Of a DNA stretch of 64,000 bases, positions 13,607 to 28,715 are shown in pieces (the first letter of the stretch is position 1; every line of letters begins with the position of its first letter). Under the pieces are notes generated by a model. The model had not been told where the DNA came from, searched no databases, and saw only the letters and a program-made list of their open reading frames with translations. The translations under genes were made by a program, and so were the position numbers. The stretch is from the human T2T-CHM13v2.0 reference genome, Homo sapiens. The stretch lies in NCBI RefSeq assembly GCF_009914755.1, contig NC_060947.1; one strand, 5' to 3'.

Positions 13607-14225
13607 ATGATGTTAGACTCAGCAATGATTCTTGGATATCACATCAAAAACACAGGCAACAAAAGAAAAACAAAATTAGATTTCATCAAATATAAAAACT
13701 TTTGTGCCTCAAAACAATCAACAGGTGGAAAGGCAACTCACAGAATGGGAAAAATATTTTCAAATCATATATTTGATGAGGAATTAATATCTAGAATATG
13801 TAAAGAACTCCTATAACTCCACAACGGAAAAACAATCCAATTAAAAATGGTTTGAATAGATATTTCTCCAAAGAATATACACAAGTGGGCATACAGATTG
13901 CCATCAAAAACATAAAAGATGTTCAACATCACTAATTATTGGGGAAATGCAGATCAAAGCTACTATGATATTCCACTTCACACCCATTAGGTTAACTATT
14001 ATCCAAAAAACAGAAAATAGCAAGAGTTGTTGAAGATATGGGGAAATTAGAAGTCCTGTACATTTCTGGTGGTAATGTAAAATAATGCGGCTGTTGTGTA
14101 AAACAGTATGGTAGGTCCTCAGAAAGCTAAATTAGAATTACAATAAGATGAAGCAATTTTAATTATAGGTATGTACCCACAAAATTTGGAAGCAAGGACT
14201 AGAACAGATATTTGTACACCCATGG
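13607..14225 (+). mobile_element. L1MB-like ORF2 3' fragment
   Basis: ORF 13607..13816 carries L1 ORF2 motifs (LDFIKYKNFCASK, IFSNHIFDEELISRICKELL). Confidence 0.8.
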
Positions 14226-14976
14226 GCACCATTGCTGTTCACCTTACAAATTATCCTTAAAATATAGTTAATATATTTTATTTCTTACTATGCCACTTAG
14301 CATTTCTTTTTCTTTTATTCAGTGAATTGTTATTTATATTGATTCACATATTAGCTCTTTTTTCTTAATATTCTTTCTCATATCCTTTCTACTTTCTGAG
14401 TTTAACTTCATTCTTTCTGAGGTATATTTATCAGCAGGACTTTAACCAAGGGTCTGTCTCAGTTTTTCTTTAGCTGAGTTTATAATTCTAAGTTAAATAA
14501 TTTTACCTGGAGATTTTTTGTGTGTGTGTTTTGCTTTTGCTATTGAAAATGTTATTTTTGTTATAATTCTTCCTGTGTAGGCAATCTTTTATCTATGTTT
14601 GCTGTTAAGATTTCCATTTTTTCTTTGATGCTGCACAGTTTCACTTTGCCATAATATTAAATTGTTATGTTAAATTATGTTCTCTTCCACAGAAATTTTT
14701 ATGCTTTTTTAACCAGATCTGTGTCCTTTATCAGATCTTGAAAAAATTTAAAGTCACTATATCTATAAATCTTACTATTGCTCAAAAATCTATTCTAAAT
14801 GATCTGTTTATTTGATTTCCCTTTGATTAACCGGTCTTTGAATTTCTCTATCCTGCCTTATGGGTAATTTCCTCAAAACCATATTTCAGTTTACTAATAT
14901 CTCTTTAGATGTGGCTAATATACTATTTAGATCATCATTAATTTTTCCATTTCAACAACTTTATTTTTTTAAAGTA

Positions 14977-15272
14977 GGCCGGGTGCGCTGGTTCACACCT
15001 GTAATCCCAGCACTTTGGGAGGCTGAGGCGGGTGGATCATCTGGGTCAGGAATTCAAGACCGGCCTGGCCAACATGGCAAAACCCTATCTCTACTGAAAA
15101 TACAAAAACTTAGCCGGGCATGGTGGCGTGTGCCTGAAATCCCAACTACTCAGGAGTCTGAGGCAGGAGAATTGCTTGAACCAGGGAGGCAGAGGGTGCA
15201 GTGAGCCGAGACCGCTCCACTGCCTTCTAGCCTGGGCAACAGAGTGAGACTCCATCTCAAAAAATAATAATA
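14977..15272 (+). mobile_element. AluS
   Basis: Full dimeric Alu with (TAA) tail; short aaagta repeat on both sides. Confidence 0.93.
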
Positions 15273-15299
15273 ATTTAAAAAGTAATGTTTCGCTTCAGT

Positions 15300-15432
15300 C
15301 TTTATTTTCATTTTCTTTTACATACAGTGAAATTCACATTTTATGGCCTATAGTTTTATGAGTTTTAACAATTGCATAGAGTCATGTAACCATCACAATA
15401 ATCAAGGTACAGATCAGTCCCATAACTCCAAG
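15300..15432 (-). mobile_element. old L1M 3' end
   Basis: catacagtgaaattcac...gagttttaacaattgcatagagtcatgtaaccatcac. Confidence 0.6.
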
Positions 15433-15454
15433 TTTTCATTTAACTGCTTCATTT

Positions 15455-18400
15455 GCTCATTAATTTGTTCAAGTTTCCTAAAGATTCTGAATATTAGACT
15501 ATTGTCAGATACATAGGTTGCAAATACTTTCTCCAATTCTGTAGGTTGTCTGTTTACTCTGTTGATAGTTTCGTCTGCTATGCAGAAGCTCTTTAGTTTA
15601 ATTAGATCTCGTTTGTCAATTTTTGCTTTGGTTGCAATTGCTTTTGGCATCTTTGGCATGAAATCTTTGCTGGTTCCTATGTCCAAAATGGCATTGCCTA
15701 AGTTGTCTTCTAGAGTTTTCATAGTTTTGGGTTTACATTTAAGTCTTTCATCCATCCTAAGCTGATTTTTGCGGATGGTAAAAGAAAGTATTCTAATTTT
15801 ATTCTTCTGCATATGGCTAGCCAGTTATCTCAGCACCATTTATTTAATAGGGAGTCCTCTCCTCATTGATTGTTCTTGTCCACTTTGTTGAAGACCAGAT
15901 GGTTGTAGGTGTGCAGGCTTATTTCTAAGCTCTATATTCTGTTTCATTGGTCTGTGTGTCTGTTTTTGTACCAATATGATGCTGTTTTTGTTAACTGTAG
16001 CGTTGTAGTATAGCTTGATGTCAGGTAGTATGACGTCTCTGGCTTTCTTCATTTTGCTTGGGATTGCTTTGACTATGTAGGCTCTTTTTGGGTTCCATAT
16101 GAATTTTAAAATTGTTTTTTTCAAATTCTATGAAATATGTCACTTGTAGTTTGATAGGAATAGCATTGAATCTGTAAATTGTGTTGGACAGTATTGCCAT
16201 TTTAGTAATATTGCTTATTTCTATCCATGAGCATGGAATGTCTTTCCATTTGTTTGTGTTGTCTAATTTATTTGAGCAGTATTTTGTAATTCTTCTAGAG
16301 ATCTTTCACCTATCTGGTTAGTTGTGTTCCTAAGTATTTTATTCTTCTTGTGGCTATTGTGAAAGTGATTACATTCTTATTTTGGCTCTCAGCTTCGACA
16401 TTGTTGTTGTATAGAAATGCTACTGATTTTTGTACATTGATTTCGTGTCCTGAAACTTTGCTGGAGTTATTGATCAGATCTAGGGGCTTTTGAACAGGAC
16501 CTGTGGGATTTTTTAGGTATAAAGTCACATTATCTACGAAGAGAGATAGTTTGACTTCCTCTCTTCTTATTTGGATGCCTTTTACTTCTTGCTCTGACCT
16601 GATTGCTCTCGCTAAGACTTCCAACACTATGTTGAATAGGGGTGGTGAGAGAGGGCATTCTTGTCTTGTTCAGGTTCTCAAGGGCAATGCTTCTAGATTT
16701 TGTTCATTCAGTATGATGTTGGCTTTGAGTTTGTCATAGATGACTGTTAATATTTTGAGTTATATTGCTTCAATGCCTAGTTCATTGAGAGTTTTTAACA
16801 AAAAGGGATGTTGAATTTTATCAAAAGCCTTTTGTGTGTCTATTGAGATGATCATGTGGCTTTTGTTTTTAGTTATATTTATGTGATTAATCAAATTTGA
16901 TTTGCATGTGTTGACCCAAACTTGCATCCCAGGAATAAAGCCTGCTTGATGGTGGTGGATTAGCTTTTTGATGTGTTTCTGGATTCAGTTTGCAAGTATT
17001 TTGTTAAGAATATTTGCATTTATTTTCATCAGGAATATTGGCCTAATTTTTTTTTCTATATCTGTCAGATTATGGTATCAGAATAATTCTGACCTCATAG
17101 AATGAGTTAGGTAGGACTCCCTCCTTCTCGAGTTTTTGGAATAGTTTCAGTAGGATTCGTGCCAGTTGTTCTTTTTACATCTGGTAGATTTCAGGTATGA
17201 ATCTGTCTGGTTGAGTGGTTTTTCTGATTGGTAAGTTTTTTATTACTGATTCTGTTTTGGAGGTTGCTATCGGTCTGTTCAGAGTTTCAATTTATTCCTG
17301 GGAGATTGTATGCTTTCAGGAATTAATCCATTTGTTCTTGGTTTTCTAGTTTCTGTGCCTAGAGGTGTTCCTAATAGTCTCTGAGGTTTTTTTTTTTTTG
17401 TATATTTATATGTGGTTGTTACTAATGTCGCTTTTGTAATTTCTGCTTGTCTTCCTTTGAATCTTCTTACTTTTTTATCAGTCTAGCTAGCAGTCTATCA
17501 GTTCTATTAATTATTTCTAAGAACCAACTTTTGCTTTCATTGATCTGTAAAGTTTATCACTTCTCAATTTCATTCAATTCAGCTCCTATTTGTTTTTTTT
17601 TTCTTTTTTTCTTCTTTTGCTAGCTTTACCATTGGTTTTCTCTTATTTCCCTAGTTCCTCTAGGTGTAATATTAGGTTGTTAATTTTAGACCTTTCTAAC
17701 TTTTTGATGTGGGCATTTAGTGCTATAAACTCTCCTCTTAACACTGTTTGAGCTGTATCCCAGAGATCTAGGTATGTTGTATATTTGTTTTCATTAGTTT
17801 CAAAGAGTTTCTTGATTTCTGCATTAATTTCATTGCTTGCCCAAAAGTCATTCATGGGCAGGTTGTTTAATTTCTATGTAGTTGTATGATTTTAAGAGAC
17901 CTTTTTCATATTTATTTTTATTTTTATTGCATTGTAGTTCAAGAGTGTTGTTGGTTTTTTTTTTTAATTTGTTGAAAATTGTTATATGACTGATTGTGCA
18001 GTCAATTACAGAGTATGTGCTATTTACAAATGAGAATAACATATATTCTGTTGTTCTTGGGTGGAGTGTTCTGTACTTGACTATTAGGTCCTTTTGGTTG
18101 TGTGTCGAGTTTAGGTCCCAAATATCTTTGTTAGTTTTCTGCCTTGATGATCTGTCAAATACCATCAGTGGGGCATTGAAGTCTCCCATTATTATTGTGG
18201 GATTATCTAAGTCTCTTTTTAGGACCCCAAAAACTTGCTTTATGAATCTGGTTGCTCTTGTCTTGGGTGCATATATATTTAGGATAATTAAGTCTTCTTG
18301 TCGATTTGATCCCTGTATCATTACATTATTCCCATTTTTGTCTTTTTTGATCATTGTTGATTCAAAGTCTATTTAGTCTGAAATTAGAATTGGAATCTCT

Positions 18401-21005
18401 GCTTTTTGTTTGTTTGTTTTCCATTGGCTTGATAGATTTTTGTCCATTTTTTTAAGTCTATGAGTGTCTTTTCATGTGAGATGAGTCACTTGAAGCATGC
18501 AGTCATGTCTTGCTTCTTTATCTAACTTGCCAGTCTGTGCCTTTTTTGTGAAGCATTTAGCCAGTTTATGTTCAGAGTTAATATTGATATGTGTAGATTT
18601 GATCCTTTCATTGTGTTGTTAGCTAGTTGTTATGCACATTGTGTCGCTGCTTTATAGTGTCAATGGTATATGCACTTAAGTGTGTTTTTTGTGTTGGCCA
18701 GTAAAGTTTTCATTTACATGTTTAACACTCTTTATTGATCTCTTGTAAGGCAGATCTGGTGGTAATGAATTCCCTTAGCATTTATTTGTCTGAAAAGTAT
18801 CTTATTTTTCATTCGCTTATGAAGCATAGTTTGGCTAGATATAAAATTCTTAGTTGGAATTTCTTTTATTGAAGAATGTTGAATATAGGCTCTCAGTCTC
18901 GTCTGGCTCTTAGAGTTTGTGCTAAGAAAGGTATGCTGTTAGCCTGATAAGGTTCTCTTTGTAGGTGAACTGCCCCTTCTCTCTAGCTGCCTTTAATATC
19001 TTTTTGTTTATGATGACCTTATAGAATCTGATGACTATGTGTCTTGGGGATGGTCGTTTTGTATAGGATCTCACAGGGGTTCTTTGCATATCCTGAATTT
19101 GAATGTCAACTTCTTTAGCGAGGTTGAGGAAATTTTCATGGACAATATACTCAAATATGTTCTCCAAGTTGCGTGCTCTCTCTCTTTCTTTCAGGGATTC
19201 CAATGAGTTATACGTTTGGTCCCTTTACATACTCTCATATTTCTCAAAAGTTTTGTTCTTTCTTTACTTCTTTTTTCTTTACTTTTGTCTGACTGAGTTA
19301 ACTTGAAGAACCAGTCTTCAAGCTCTCAGATTCTTTCTTCATCTTGGTCTATTATCCTGTTAATATTTTTATTGTATTTAATATTATGAAATTATTGTAG
19401 TGAGTTTTTCAGTTCTATCAGACAAGTTTGGTTTTTTCATGCAATGGATAATTTATCTTTCAGCTCTTATATCATTTTGCTGGATTCCTCAGATCCCTAG
19501 AGTTGGGTTTCAACTTTTTCCTGAATCTCAATGATCTTCATTCCTATCAAGATTTGTAATTCTACGTCTGTCCTTTCAGCCACGTTAGCACAGTTAAGAA
19601 CCATGGCTGGGGAGTTAGTGTAATCATTTGGAGGTAAGAAGACATTCTGGCTTTTTGAGTTGTCAGAGTTCTTGCGCTGATTCTTTCTCATCTCTGTGGG
19701 CTAATATTCCTGTAATCTTTGAAGCTGCTGTCCCTTGGAAGATTGTTTTTGTCTGCTTTTATGTTATTTGATGCCCTTGAGGTTTTGATTGTGGTATAAA
19801 CTGAGTTTAGTCAACTGGCTTTATTTCTGGAAGATTTCAGGGTGCCAAGTCTCAGTTCAGCACTCCTGGGCTGCATGCTCTAACCCTGGGGGGCTAATAC
19901 CAGTCCCATGGCTTTGTTCTCTGACCCCTTGTGGTTAAGCACTTACTACACTGGAGGGCCCAATGTGCTTCCGGTCCACTGATAAAAACACTCCAATGGG
20001 AGCTGATGGCCAAGGTGCTTCACTGGGGTAGTGGAAACAGGGTCCATGCTCATGTGCACATGCCAGCAGCAGTGATGCAGTGGTGTCCACACCTGTGTGT
20101 GTATCAACAGTAGTGGTACAGCAGAGTACCTGAATGTCAGTAGGGTTTGGGTGCCAGCAGCGAGGTTCATTTTCACATGAGCTTGTGGCAATGGTGTGGT
20201 GAGGTCCACATCCATGTGTGTACTGACAAAGTGTGGTGGGGACTGTGTGCAAGTGTGTGATGGCAAAGTGGTGGGAAAGAGCTATGGATGTGTGAGTACG
20301 TGTTGGTGGGGTCCCCTCTACTAAGGTTCTCTGATGATTAAGCATGGTCTGCTGGTGAAGAAGCTATTGTGGTGGCTTCCATAAAGTGCTCCAGTTGGGC
20401 ATCCCAGGCTGCACTACAAGCTGGCACAGTAAGGCAAGAACTCCAGGAAAAGCTGGCATCCAGGGGTGTGCTCAGTTCAGACTGTCCCTATCCCATGAGC
20501 AAGACTGTCCTGCCCTGTCCAGATCCAACAGTCAACAAAGACCAAAGCCACCTAGAGGATCACAGCAAGCCTTAGGGGATGGGCATTCCTGGCCAAGCTC
20601 CACTGCTGCCATTCCCATGCCAAACCCTCTGGGCTGGAGTTTCGTCCCTGCCACCTCTCTGAGCAAGTCTCCCTGTAAGCTCAAGTGTCTGTGGGCATCA
20701 TGCAGTCTTCTGCAGCTAGGATTCTGTAGGTTCATGATGAGAGTGGGCCACTCCTTGCTTATTTAATTTACTCCGTACCCTGGAGTTACTGGAAGCCAGG
20801 AAAAATTCTTGGTGCTCAGCAGCCCTGTGCTTGGTTCCTAGCTTCCTACCCCTTCAGCTCAGGGTCTGCATCCTCCCCCAATCCATTCTCAATGCCTTTC
20901 TTCTGAAGATCTGCTCAGAATTTGCCAGGCTTATTGATGGTCTGGTCTCTCAGTGGGAGATGCTCTTCCTGGCTGCATCTAGTTGGTCATCTTGTCTCTC
21001 CTCCC
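15455..21005 (-). mobile_element. near full-length L1PA15/16-like element lacking its 3' end
   Basis: Minus-strand ORF2 pieces (17848..18354 EN, 16310..16627 RT), ORF1 pieces (18922..19203, 19497..19691), repetitive 5'UTR; 5' end gggaggagagacaagatgaccaactagatgcagcc. Confidence 0.9.
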
Positions 21006-21009
21006 AATA

Positions 21010-21950
21010 AATCTGTCAATATTGTCTTCTTAAAAATATGAACTTTCCAATTCAAGAACATGAAATGTCTTTCCATTTATATGTGTTAACGTAAATATTT
21101 TTTCTGGAATATTTTGTAGAATTTAGTGCACAAGTCTTTCACTTCCTTAGTTGAGTTTATTATTTAGTAGTTCATTTTGATGTTATTATAAATGAAATGT
21201 TTTCACTGTTTCCTTTTTTAATTGTTCATCATTAGTTTATAAAAATGCAGCTGCCTTTTAAGTGTTGATTTTGTATCCTGCAACTTTGCTGAATTTGTTT
21301 ATTTGTTCTAACCATTTTTTTTTTATTTTTGGTGAAATATTTAGGGTTTTCTACATATAAGATTATGTCCTCTGTGGATAGATATAATTTTACTTTTTGA
21401 TTTCTGACTTCAATTCCTTACTACCTTTTTTTGCCTAATTGACCTGACTAGGACTTTTAGTACTATTTTGAATAAAAGAGATGAAAGTGAGCATCCTTGT
21501 CTCATTCTTTGTATTAGAGGAAAACATTTCACTCTTTCACAATTGAGTATGATATTGGCTCTGGGATTTCCATATAGGACCTTTAATATATTAAGGTGGT
21601 TTTATTTTACTCCTAGTTTGTTGAGTGTTTTTATCATGAAAGTGAGTTGAATTTTGTCAACAGATTTCATTGAATCAAATGAGATGATAATGGGGTTTAT
21701 TCCCTTCATTCTGTTTATGTGGTGTATTGCAATGATTGACTTTTGAATGTTGAATCATCCTTGCACAACTGGAATTAATTTCACCTGATCATGATGTATA
21801 AATATTTTAATGTGCTGTTGAATTCACTTTGCTTGCATTTTGTTCAAAAGTTTTGCTTCAATACTAATCAGTGATATTGGTCTGTAGTTTGTTTTTTCCT
21901 TGTAATGTATTTGGCTACGGTATGCTAACTTCATAGAATAAGACTGTAAA
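21010..21950 (-). mobile_element. old L1M ORF2 RT region, probably the continuation of the L1M at 2840-5930
   Basis: ORF 21824..22006 contains NYRPISLISIEAKLLNK; divergence similar to 2840-5930. Confidence 0.8.
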
Positions 21951-21951
21951 T

Positions 21952-24150
<2,199 letters not shown>

Positions 24151-24169
24151 TGCCTTAATTTCAGAATTA

Positions 24170-24271
<102 letters not shown>

Positions 24272-24505
24272 TCAGTGGTGATATCCCTTTTATCATTTTT
24301 TATTGTGTCTATTTGATTCTTCCCTCTTTTCTTTTTTATTAGTCTGGCTAGAAGTCTATATATTTAAAAAAAAAAAACAGCTCCTGGATTCATTGATTTT
24401 TTTGAAGGGCCTTTCATGTCTCTATATCTCCTTCAGTTCTGCTCTGATCTTAGTTATTTCTTTTCTTCTGCTAGCTTTTGCATTTGTTTTCTCTTGCTTC
24501 TCTAG

Positions 24506-25177
24506 TTATTTTAATTGTGATGTTAGGGTGTCGATTTTAGATCTTTCCTGCTTTCTCCCATGGGCATTTAATGCTATAAATTTCCCTCTAAACACTGCTT
24601 TAGCTGTGTCCCAGAGATTCAGGTACTTTGTGTCTTTGTTCTTATTGGTTTTAAATAACTTATTTATTTCTGCCTTAAGTTTATTATCTATCCAGTAGTC
24701 CAGGAGCAGATTGTTCCATTTCCATGTAGTTGTGTGGTTTTGAGTGAATTTCTTAATCCTGAGTTCTAATTTGATTGCACTGTGGTATAAGAGACTGTTT
24801 GTTATGATTTCCACTGTTTTGTATTTGCTGAGGAGTGTTTTACTTTCAGTTATGTGGTCAATTTTAGAATAAGTGTGACATGGTGCTGAGAAGGATGTAT
24901 ATTCTATTGATTTAGGGTGGAGAGTTCTGTAGATGTCTATTAAGTCCACTTGGTCCAGAATTGAGTTCAAGTCCTGAATATCCTTTTTAATTTTCTGTCT
25001 CCTTGATCTGTCTAATATTGACAGTGGGGTGTTAAAGTCTCCCACTGTTATTGTGTGGGAGTCTAAGTCTCTTTGTAGGTCTCTAAGAACTTGCTTTATG
25101 AATCTGGGCACTCCTGTATTGGGTGCATATATGTTTAGGATAGTTAGCTCTTCTTGTTGCATTGATCCCTTTACCAT
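24506..25177 (-). pseudogene. L1 ORF2p APE-endonuclease remnant (223 aa open stretch)
   Basis: [23 protein letters not shown]; SDH motif altered to LYH; disabled element. Confidence 0.85.
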
Positions 25178-25375
25178 TATGTAAAGGCCTTCTTTGTCTT
25201 TTATAATCTTTGTTGGTTTAAAGTCTGTTTAATCAGAGACTAGGATTGCAACCTCTGCTTTTTAAATTTAATTTTATCTATTTATTTATTTATTTATTTA
25301 TTTATTGCTTTCCGTTTGCTTGGTACATCTTTCTCCATCCCTTTATTTCGAGCCTATGTGTGTCTTTGCATGTGA

Positions 25376-25719
<344 letters not shown>

Positions 25720-26354
25720 AAGGGTCTTGACTCTTTATTCAATTTGCCAGTCTGTGTCTTTTAATTGGGGCATTTAGCCAATCTACATTTAAGATTAATA
25801 TTGTTATGTGTGAATTTGATCCTGTCTTTATGATGCTAGCTGGCTATTTTGCCCATTAGTTGATACAGTTTCTTCATAGTGTTGATGGTCTTTATAATTT
25901 GGTATGTTTTTGCAGTGATGGGTACTGGTTTTTCCTTTCCATATTTAGTACTTCCTTCAGGAGCTCCTGTAAGGCAGGCCTGGTGGTAACAAAATCTCTC
26001 AGCATTTGCTTGTCTTTAAAGGATTTTATTTCTCCTGTTTGCCTGGATCACCAGTGGAGGCTGCAAAACAGCAAAGATCACTGTCTGTTCCTTCCTCTGG
26101 AAGTTTCGTCCCAGAGGGGCCCCTGCCAGTTGCCTGCCAGAGCTCTCCTGTATGAGATGTCTGTTGACTCCTGCTTGGAGGTGTCTCCCAGTCAGGAGGC
26201 ATGGGAGTCAGGGACCCACTTGAGGAGGCAGTCTGTCCCTTAGCAGAGCTCGAGTGCTTTGCTTGGAAATCCTCTGCTGTCTTCAGAGCCAGCAGGCAGA
26301 AACCTTTAAGTCTGCTGAAGCTGTGCCCACAGCTGCCCCTTCCCCCAGGTGCTC

Positions 26355-26448
26355 TGTGTCATCTCTTACTTATTTCAGCAGTGTTTTGTAATTCTCACTT
26401 TAGAGATATTTCACCTCTCTGGTTAGCTGTATGCCTAGGCATTTTATT

Positions 26449-26479
<31 letters not shown>

Positions 26480-26913
26480 GGTAATTGTGAATGGGATTAT
26501 GTTCCTGATTTGGCTCTTGGTTTGGTTGTAGGTATATAGAAATGCTAGTGATTTTCATACATTGATTCTGTATCATAAAATTTTGCTGATGTTGCTTACC
26601 TGCTCAAGGAGCTATTGGACAGAAACTATGGGGTTTCTAGACATAGATTCATACCATCCACAAACAGGGATATTTTGACTTCCTCCCTTCCTATTTGGAG
26701 ACCCTTTATTTCCTTCTCTTGCCTGATTGCTCTGGTCAGGTCTTCCAATATTACATTGACTAGGAGTGGCGAGAGAGGGCATCCTTGACTTGTGCTAGTT
26801 TTCAAGAGGAATGCTTCCAGCTTTTGTCCATTCAGTATGATGTTGGTTGTAGATCTGTCATAGATGGCTCTTATTATTTTCACGTATGTTCCTTCAATAC
26901 CTAGTTTTCTGAG
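26355..26913 (-). mobile_element. older L1PA (13-15-like) ORF2 RT segment; its 3' part is at 6774-8352
   Basis: ORF 26626..26928 ([17 protein letters not shown]). Confidence 0.88.
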
Positions 26914-28668
26914 TATTAGACAGATCATTGAGGCATAAAATTAACATAGATATTAAGGATCTGAACTCAACACTGGACAAATGGAACTGATAGACATCTG
27001 TAGAACTCCCCACCACAAAACACAGAATATACATTTTTCTCATCACCACATGGCACATACTCTAAAATTAACCAAACATTCTGACATGGAACAATCCTCA
27101 GAAAATGCAAAAGAACCAAAGTCACACCAACCACTCTCTCAAACCATGGTGTAATCAAATTGGCAGTTAACATTAAGAAAATAGCTCAAAACTGTACAAT
27201 TACATGGAAATTACGCAAACTGCTCCTGAATGACTTTTGGACAATTAATGAAATTAAGACAGAAATCAAGAAGTTATTTGAAGCTAATGAGAACAAGGTA
27301 AAGATAACAGATTCTCTGGGACACTGCTATGGCAGTTTTAAGAGGGAAATTTATAGCACTGAGCGCCCACATCAAAATTTAAAAAAATATATCAAATTAA
27401 CCACCTAACATCCCAACTAAAAGAAGTAGAGAAGCAAGAGCAAACTAACCCCAAATCTAACAGAAGACAAGCAATAACCAAAATTAGAGCTCAACTGGAG
27501 GAGACTGAGACACAAAATACATTCAAAGATCAACAAATCCAGGATTTGGCTTTTTGAAAAAATTAATAAGATAGATAGACTGCTAGCTCTACTGATAAAG
27601 GAGAAGAGAGAGAGGATCCCAATAAACACAATTAGAAATGACAAAGGGAATATTACCACTGACCTCACAGAAACACAAATAAATATCAGAAACTGCTATG
27701 AACACCTCTATTCACACAAACTAGAAAATCTAGAAGAAATGGATATATTCCTTGAAATATATATCCTTCCAAGACTGAACCAGAAAGAAATTGATTCTCT
27801 GAACAGACCAACAAGAAGCTCTAAAATTTAATCAGTAATAAATAGCCTACCAACCAAAAAAAAAAAAAAAAAAGCGCAGGACCAGATAGATTCACAGCTG
27901 AATTCTACCAGACATAGAAAGAAGAGCTAGTATCATTCCTACTGAAACTATTCCAAAAAAACTGAGAAGGAGAGACTCCTCTCCAATTTCTTCTATGAGG
28001 CCAGCATCATCCTGATACCAAAATCTGGCAGAAACACAACAACAAAAGAAAAATTCAGGCCAATATCCTTGATGAACATTGACATGAAAATCTTTAACAA
28101 AATACTAGCAAAGGGAATTCAGCAGCAAATTAAAAAGCTAATCCACCATAATCAAGTAGGCTTTATCCTTGGAATGCAAGGCTCATTCAATATACACAAA
28201 TCAGTAAATGTGACTCATCACATAAACGGAACTGAAGACAAAGACCACATGTTCAGGCCAGCCATGGTGGTTCATGCCTGTAATCTGTAATCCCAGTACT
28301 TTGGGAGGCCAAGGTGGGCATATAGCTTGAGCTCAGGAATTAGAGACCACCCTGGGCAACATGACAAATCTCGGTCTCTGCAAAAAATGCAAAAATTAGC
28401 TGGGTGTGGTGGTGTGAGCCTGTCATCCCAGCTACTCCAGAGGCTGAGGTGGGAGGATCACTTGAGCCCAGGAGGTTGAGGCTGCAGTGATCTGAGACTG
28501 TGCCATAGCACTCCGGCCTGGGTGACAGAGTAAGACCCTGTCTTGAAAAAGCCCACCAAAACCCATAAAACAAAATGCACAAAACTTAAAATAAGAGCAA
28601 CAAAAAGATCATCTCAGTAGATGCAGAAAAGGCTTTCGGTAAAATTTAACATCCCTTCATGTTAAAAA
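26912..28668 (+). mobile_element. inverted 5' segment of the same older L1 (twin-priming)
   Basis: Ends catcccttcatgttaaaaa, which in L1 directly precedes the start of the minus segment (actcagaaaactaggtattgaagg). Confidence 0.85.
28256..28550 (+). mobile_element. AluJ (Jb-like) inside the older L1
   Basis: Diverged dimer (ggaggatcacttgagcccagg, agaccctgtct) followed by a degenerate A-rich tail. Confidence 0.9.
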
Positions 28669-28715
28669 GGGAACCAAGTATTCTAACTCATTCTAGTGAT
28701 CTTCCCAGCTGACTC
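28669..28715 (-). mobile_element. MIR 5' portion
   Basis: Reverse complement gggaagatcactagaatgagttagaatacttggttcc resembles MIR agcactggactaggagtcagaagacctgggttc. Confidence 0.45.

Noticed and set aside
19930-20345. GT-rich repetitive region with overlapping ORFs as a CRISPR-like array or gene
   Set aside because: It is the repetitive 5'UTR of the old L1; there is no constant repeat-spacer structure. The same applies to 42060-43060.
26030-26040. ORF1 loss as a spliced L1 integrant
   Set aside because: No placement of the junction gives GT...AG ends on the recalled consensus; a 3-bp microhomology explains it.
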